Source of the DNA: Pedobacter sp. | Lineage (GTDB): Bacteria; Desulfobacterota; Desulfuromonadia; Desulfuromonadales; Syntrophotaleaceae | Reading direction: 5' to 3' | Assembly (NCBI GenBank): GCA_050253415.1 | Contig: JBFWJC010000002.1 | Span: 96,001 to 160,000, forward strand | DNA: 64,000 nt | Part shown: one piece after another, positions 59,032 through 64,000 of the stretch | Position numbering within the stretch: position 1 is the first letter of the stretch | Layout of the letters: the number at the start of each line of letters is the position of its first letter | The notes under the pieces: model-generated | Seen by the model: the letters and a program-made list of their open reading frames with translations, nothing else | Told to the model about the DNA's origin: nothing | The model's database searches: none | Made by a program: the position numbers and the translations under genes

Positions 59032-61752
59032 TCAGGCCGTCGTTTCGGATGCCGGTGTGGTTGCCAGGGCTGATTCGATAATGTGCTGCTGTTCCAGCTT
59101 GAATTGACGGTGGGAGCCGCCGGCCGGGGCTGATGCCTCCGGACGTCCACAATAATCCGGCCGTCGGTCCAGAATTCTGGCCAGGTGGGGTGCGATAAAA
59201 GACCAGGCGCCCATGTTGCGCGGTTCTTCCTGGACCCACACCAAACGGCGTGCCCCGGCAAGGGGCTGCATAATCTCTGTCAGCAGGTCCTCGCGCAACG
59301 GATAAAGTTGCTCGATACGGATGATCGCTACGTCGTCACGCTGCTGCTTTTGTCTCTCAGCCTGCAGTTCATGGTAGATCTTGCCGCTGCACAGCAGCAC
59401 GGTGTCGACCTGTCCCGAGGTTTGCGGGTCGGCTATGATTTCGTAAAAATGGCCACTGCTCAAGGCCTCCAGGGGGCTGCGGCAACTGGGGTGGCGCAGC
59501 AGGCTTTTCGGGGTGAAAATGACCAGGGGCTTACGGAAAGGCAACTTCAGTTGGCGGCGCAACAGGTGGAAATACTGGCCCGGGGTGGTCGGTTGCGCCA
59601 CCAGCAGGTTGTTGTCGGCACAGCTTTGTAAAAACCGCTCGATGCGGGCGCTCGAGTGCTCCGGACCCTGGCCTTCGTAGCCATGCGGTAACAGCATGAC
59701 CAGACCACTGACCCGGTTCCATTTGCGCTGGCCGCTGGTAATGAACTGGTCGATAATGACCTGCGCACCATTGGCAAAATCCCCGAATTGCGCTTCCCAC
59801 AGAGTCAGACCTTCGGGCCGCTCCAGCGAGTAGCCGTATTCAAATCCAAGGATGGCGGCTTCCGACAGGCTGCTGTCGTAGGCGTAGAAGTCGGCAGGCT
59901 GGTTGGCCAGGGCCTCCATCGGCACATAGCTTTCGCCGGTATGAATATCAATCTGCGTCAGGTGCCGCTGACTAAAGGTGCCGCGACGGCAATCCTGTCC
60001 GGTCAAACGCACGCTGTGTCCCTGATCGATCAGGCTGCCAAACGCCAGGGCTTCGGCGGTGGCCCAGTCCAGTTCGCCGTCATCTTCCAGCACCGAAGCC
60101 TTGCGTTTGTCGAGCAGTTTGCGGATACGTGGATCGGGAACAAAATGATCCGGCAGCCATGCCAGTTTTTCAGCCAACGCCTGCAGCTTTTCCCGGGATA
60201 CAGCCGTGTCGGGGGCGGTGGGTGAATAGTCGCGCTCGATGTTTTCCCATTTGCCGTGAAACCCCCGGTCCACCGGGTGTTGCCGGCGTTGCAGGGCGGC
60301 TTCCAGTTCTTCCTGCAGTTGCTCGGCCTGTTGCTGCATACGACTTTTATCCAGCCCCTCTTCCAGCAATTGGTCGCGGTAGATTTCATGCACCGGCGGG
60401 CGCTGCTTGATGGCCTCGTACATGAGCGGCTGGGTGAAATAGGGTTCATCTCCTTCGTTGTGACCATGCCTGCGGTAGCAGATGATTTCCAGCAGTACGT
60501 CGCGGCCGAACCGATGCCGATACTCGAGCGCCAATTCCACAGCATGAATGGCCGCTTCCGGATTCTCGCCATGCACATGGAAAATCGGCACCATGAGCAT
60601 TTTGGCAACGTCCGTGGCGTATCGGGTTGAACGGGCGTCGGCCGGTACTGTGGTAAAGCCGATCTGGTTGTTGAGCACGATATGCAGGGTTCCACCGGTG
60701 CTGAACCCTTCCAGCTGCGACAGGTTGAGGGTCTCGGGCACCATCCCCTGGCCGGAAAAAGCCGCGTCGCCATGGATCAGTATCGGTAACACGCGTTTGG
60801 TCCCGTCGTTGCCGAAGGTATCCTGGCGTGCCCGGGATTTACCCTCCACCACCGGGTTGACCGCTTCCAGGTGACTGGGGTTGGAGGCCATGGTCAGATG
60901 CACGATGCGGTCGTCAGGCAGGGTCAGGTCCGCGGAAAAGCCCTTGTGGTACTTGACGTCCCCCTCGCCGACAAAGCTGAACTCGGCGTTGTCGGCGAAC
61001 TCTGCGAAGATATTTTCCAGCGGTTTGGCAAAAATATTCGCCAGTACATTGAGGCGTCCCCGGTGCGGCATGCCGAGCAGCACATCCCGCGCACCCAATG
61101 CGGCCGCCCGGCGCACGGATCTTTCCAGGACCGGAATCAGTACCTCGCCGCCTTCCAGGGAAAAACGCTTCTGCCCGGGGAATTGGCGATGCAGAAAACG
61201 CTCGAACAGGGCGGCCTGTTGCAATTTACGCAGGATACTGTAGCGCTCCTCGCTTGACAGGTCAGGCCGGTTGTTGCCGCGTTCCAGTCGCTCCTGCAGC
61301 CATAGCCGTTCCGTCGGTTCGACGATGTGCATGTATTCGACGCCCGTGGCGTGACAGTAGGTTTCTTTAAGAGTAGCGAGGATGTCCCTGAGGGTTGCGG
61401 TGCCCTTATCGAATCCCTTCGCGTGAAAAGAGCGGTCCAGGTCGTCGTTGTCGAGGTCGAAGGTGGAAAGGGATAGCAGCGGATGATCGGTTTTGCAGGG
61501 GGATAGCGGGTCGGTGCAGGCCAGCAGATGACCAAGTTCGCGGTAACGGTTGATGAGGGCATCGACCGCAGACTGTTTGAAGCTGACTTCAGGCGTCAGG
61601 CATGCCAGGGGGGGCATCGGGGCCGATTGCCGCCCGGTGTCGAAACCGTCGAAAAAAGCTTGCCAGTCGGCAGGCAGTTGTTCGGGGTTTTCCTGCCACT
61701 GGCGGTACAGGGCTTCGATCCAGGTCGGACTGAGGTTGGCGATAAACGGCAT
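59032..61752 (-). CDS. sucA: 2-oxoglutarate dehydrogenase E1
   Basis: [34 protein letters not shown] and WEAQFGDF; start set at MPFIAN. Confidence 0.95.
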   Translation of the reverse strand: MPFIANLSPTWIEALYRQWQENPEQLPADWQAFFDGFDTGRQSAPMPPLACLTPEVSFKQSAVDALINRYRELGHLLACTDPLSPCKTDHPLLSLSTFDLDNDDLDRSFHAKGFDKGTATLRDILATLKETYCHATGVEYMHIVEPTERLWLQERLERGNNRPDLSSEERYSILRKLQQAALFERFLHRQFPGQKRFSLEGGEVLIPVLERSVRRAAALGARDVLLGMPHRGRLNVLANIFAKPLENIFAEFADNAEFSFVGEGDVKYHKGFSADLTLPDDRIVHLTMASNPSHLEAVNPVVEGKSRARQDTFGNDGTKRVLPILIHGDAAFSGQGMVPETLNLSQLEGFSTGGTLHIVLNNQIGFTTVPADARSTRYATDVAKMLMVPIFHVHGENPEAAIHAVELALEYRHRFGRDVLLEIICYRRHGHNEGDEPYFTQPLMYEAIKQRPPVHEIYRDQLLEEGLDKSRMQQQAEQLQEELEAALQRRQHPVDRGFHGKWENIERDYSPTAPDTAVSREKLQALAEKLAWLPDHFVPDPRIRKLLDKRKASVLEDDGELDWATAEALAFGSLIDQGHSVRLTGQDCRRGTFSQRHLTQIDIHTGESYVPMEALANQPADFYAYDSSLSEAAILGFEYGYSLERPEGLTLWEAQFGDFANGAQVIIDQFITSGQRKWNRVSGLVMLLPHGYEGQGPEHSSARIERFLQSCADNNLLVAQPTTPGQYFHLLRRQLKLPFRKPLVIFTPKSLLRHPSCRSPLEALSSGHFYEIIADPQTSGQVDTVLLCSGKIYHELQAERQKQQRDDVAIIRIEQLYPLREDLLTEIMQPLAGARRLVWVQEEPRNMGAWSFIAPHLARILDRRPDYCGRPEASAPAGGSHRQFKLEQQHIIESALATTPASETTA

Positions 61753-61875
61753 ACTATCCCTCCTGTTATCACACCGAACCATCATGCCGCATCGTGGGCA
61801 GGGGCCGACATGTTGTCGATAACCCCGTCATTATAACAACCTGGGAATATTGAGCAATGTTTTCTCGACCAGGTC

Positions 61876-61910
61876 TTATCGGCGGCTCTCCCGAAGAGAG
61901 CCGCCGATAA
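61876..61910. terminator. Hairpin downstream of the carbonic anhydrase gene
   Basis: ttatcggcggctctc-ccgaa-gagagccgccgataa. Confidence 0.7.
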
Positions 61911-61916
61911 CTGGAA

Positions 61917-62726
61917 TCAGTGTTTTTCGCCGTGTTTTTCGCCGGCCATGGCGTCGACAGCTTTGTTCGGAGCCGCCTCGACCTTGGTAAGAATCTTGCC
62001 GGTCTGGGCTTCGTCGAGCCATGCAACTTTGCCGGTGGCGACGTCGTAGATGGCGCCGACCACTTTGACCTTGCCGCTCTTGACCAGTTCGCGGGTGGCC
62101 GGGCTGGTCATGAAAAGATCTTCGATCCCTTGCCAGACGTTCTCCTCGATGGCGTAGGGAATGACCTTGTCGCCATGAGCTTCAGGGTGCGCGGCGATAG
62201 CTTTTTCGACCGCCGGCTGAATATTGTCCACCAAGGGCGGAATGTTGCGTTCCAGAGCGTGACCGGTGCCGTGAACAGCGTGGGTCACTGCGGTGACGGC
62301 GCCGCACTGGGTATGACCGAGCACCACCAGTACCGGGGTGTTGACGTGAGCCAGACCGTATTCGATGGAACCGGCTTCGTCGGTGTCGACCACGTTGCCC
62401 GCGACCCGGATCACAAAAATATCCATGACGCCGGCATCGAAGATGGCTTCGACCGGCACCCGCGAATCGGAACAGGTGATGACCGTGGCGTAGGCATAAT
62501 CTCCCTGGTTCTGGCTGCCTGCCAGGATCAAACGCTTTGCATCGCTATGGGGATGGATCGATTTGCCTGCTACGAAACGGGCATTGCCTTCCTTGAGCAT
62601 GACCACGGTTTCGTCGGGGCTGGGCTTGGCAGCTTTGCTGGAAGCCAGGGCCGGAGTCAGCATCAGGGCGGTGGCGAAAAGGGCCAGCACGCACAGGCGA
62701 AGGGTGAAACGGTTGGTGCGGTACAT
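61917..62726 (-). CDS. Secreted beta-class carbonic anhydrase
   Basis: CSDSR, RVAGN and HTQCGA motifs; signal peptide; AGGAGG RBS. Confidence 0.92.
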   Translation of the reverse strand: MYRTNRFTLRLCVLALFATALMLTPALASSKAAKPSPDETVVMLKEGNARFVAGKSIHPHSDAKRLILAGSQNQGDYAYATVITCSDSRVPVEAIFDAGVMDIFVIRVAGNVVDTDEAGSIEYGLAHVNTPVLVVLGHTQCGAVTAVTHAVHGTGHALERNIPPLVDNIQPAVEKAIAAHPEAHGDKVIPYAIEENVWQGIEDLFMTSPATRELVKSGKVKVVGAIYDVATGKVAWLDEAQTGKILTKVEAAPNKAVDAMAGEKHGEKH

Positions 62727-62875
62727 ATACAATTCCTCCTATAAAAAGGTGTGAAAAATTGTTGCACAATTTAGCACCATTTGCGGCGGATGAAAATGGT
62801 CAAATGACCCGTAAACATCATGTTTGAGGTGGCGAAGGATATTATTTAATTCAGAATAGATCTGTTATACTAAGC

Positions 62876-63043
62876 CTAGGATCCTGTCGGACCAGCCATG
62901 AGCCGGCTGCAAATTCGACTGTTTGGCCCATATTTCAGCTCCTTTTCGGCCCATAGTTACAACTATGAACCTTCAAATGAGCTGAAATCTGTTCTCAAAC
63001 ATCCAAGTTTTGCTTCGGCCCGTATAGTCCGACAGGCACCTAG
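62876..63043. mobile_element. MITE-like element with 17-bp terminal inverted repeats
   Basis: ctaggatcctgtcggac ... gtccgacaggcacctag (15/17 match); CTAG at both ends; no ORF. Confidence 0.75.
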
Positions 63044-63118
63044 TGCTTATAGCAGGTCGTAGCTCACTCTGGTGATATGGCCTCCAACTCATCGGTAACC
63101 TCCATGCCAAGAGGGTAT

Positions 63119-64000
63119 ATGAACCCTTCAGATTGTCTGCCGGAAAACAAATCCCTGGGTGACAAACAAGATCCGGGAATCGTCAATCAACCGGACGAGG
63201 CACATGCTGCCATCAACGAATTCCTTTCGCTGCTCAGTCATGAGTTGCGTACGCCGCTGGCCGGCACCATGGGAATGTTGGATCTTGTGTTGGCCGGAGA
63301 CCTGGCGGCCGACCAGCGCAGCGCACTGACTCTGGCGAATGCCTCGGCCCGGGCTATGTTGCGCATGGTTGAAGACATGCATGATCTTGCCCGCATTGAA
63401 ACGGGGCGATTTGCTTTGGAAAGCAGCCCTTTCGAAGTTCGACCCTGGGCTGACGAAATGGTCCAGGAGATTGCCAGCGCCGGCAGGGTCAATTTTTCGG
63501 TCGAGGTCGATGAGCAGGTGCCGGAGATTTTGGTTGGCGACGGGGATCGCATCGCCCACCTGGTCATGGGCCAGGTTGATTTGTTTCTCAAGCACAACAG
63601 AAGCCAGAATCTTTGTCTTACCCTCACTCTGGAAACTCAAGCGAGCGGTGATTACCTGCTGGTGACAATAGGCGAGACGGGCGCCATGCTTGCAGAGAGT
63701 GAGCGCGTGGATCTTCTGCAATGTTGCGGTAAGTTAACCCATGTTCCCCTGCTCACCTTTCGGCAAATTGGGCTCAAACAGGCGGTGGTAAGCAATCTGG
63801 CCGCTTCCCTGGGTGGTGCTTTATGGCCGGCACAAGAATCCGTTGATCGAAATATTCAGGCATTGGCCGTCCCCATTCAGCTTCCGGCGGGGTACGACAG
63901 GGTCGGGGTTGAGCCGCAGGTTGCAGAAGAACTTTTGTACAACGAAGGTGACGCCTCCCAGGCACATATTCTGCTGGTGGAAGATGATGATGCCATACGC
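63119..64000 (+). CDS. Hybrid HisKA-receiver signalling protein (runs off the window)
   Basis: Manual translation: FLSLLSHELRTPL H-box and in-frame AHILLVEDDDAIR receiver start; absent from the ORF track because it has no stop in the window. Confidence 0.8.
   Translation, partial: MNPSDCLPENKSLGDKQDPGIVNQPDEAHAAINEFLSLLSHELRTPLAGTMGMLDLVLAGDLAADQRSALTLANASARAMLRMVEDMHDLARIETGRFALESSPFEVRPWADEMVQEIASAGRVNFSVEVDEQVPEILVGDGDRIAHLVMGQVDLFLKHNRSQNLCLTLTLETQASGDYLLVTIGETGAMLAESERVDLLQCCGKLTHVPLLTFRQIGLKQAVVSNLAASLGGALWPAQESVDRNIQALAVPIQLPAGYDRVGVEPQVAEELLYNEGDASQAHILLVEDDDAIR

Overview
Bacterial chromosomal window. The GC-rich core gene set resembles anaerobic Desulfuromonadales (Pelobacter/Syntrophotalea-like); this is an inference, not a lookup. 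The core holds a MarC/class II aldolase/PatB cluster, an ATP-grasp protein, a sensor kinase, UvrD/Rep, a glycogen/alpha-glucan cluster, rluD-pgeF, a DegQ protease, a gltB-like gene, trxB, sucAB and a beta carbonic anhydrase. The main feature is an accessory island at about 8.6-23.5 kb. It carries at least 8 integron-type attC sites, several with the canonical two extrahelical bases and self-complementary cassette ends, and no integron integrase in the window. The cargo includes a Septu-like ATPase+HNH pair, a HEPN protein and its pseudogenised homologue, a PD-(D/E)XK-like protein, a methyltransferase and a CSD-DUF1294 protein, with a class A beta-lactamase and a transglutaminase-like gene nearby. 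The array is interleaved with RAYT-type (Y1 HUH) transposase units bounded by inverted repeats, an internally deleted copy, and solo end motifs. These ends repeatedly abut, truncate or fuse attC sites and cassette genes, which suggests a HUH-transposase-driven system for capturing or remodelling cassettes. Intergenic regions also hold heptamer and nonamer hairpin repeat families and a MITE. No rRNA, tRNA or CRISPR array was recognised.
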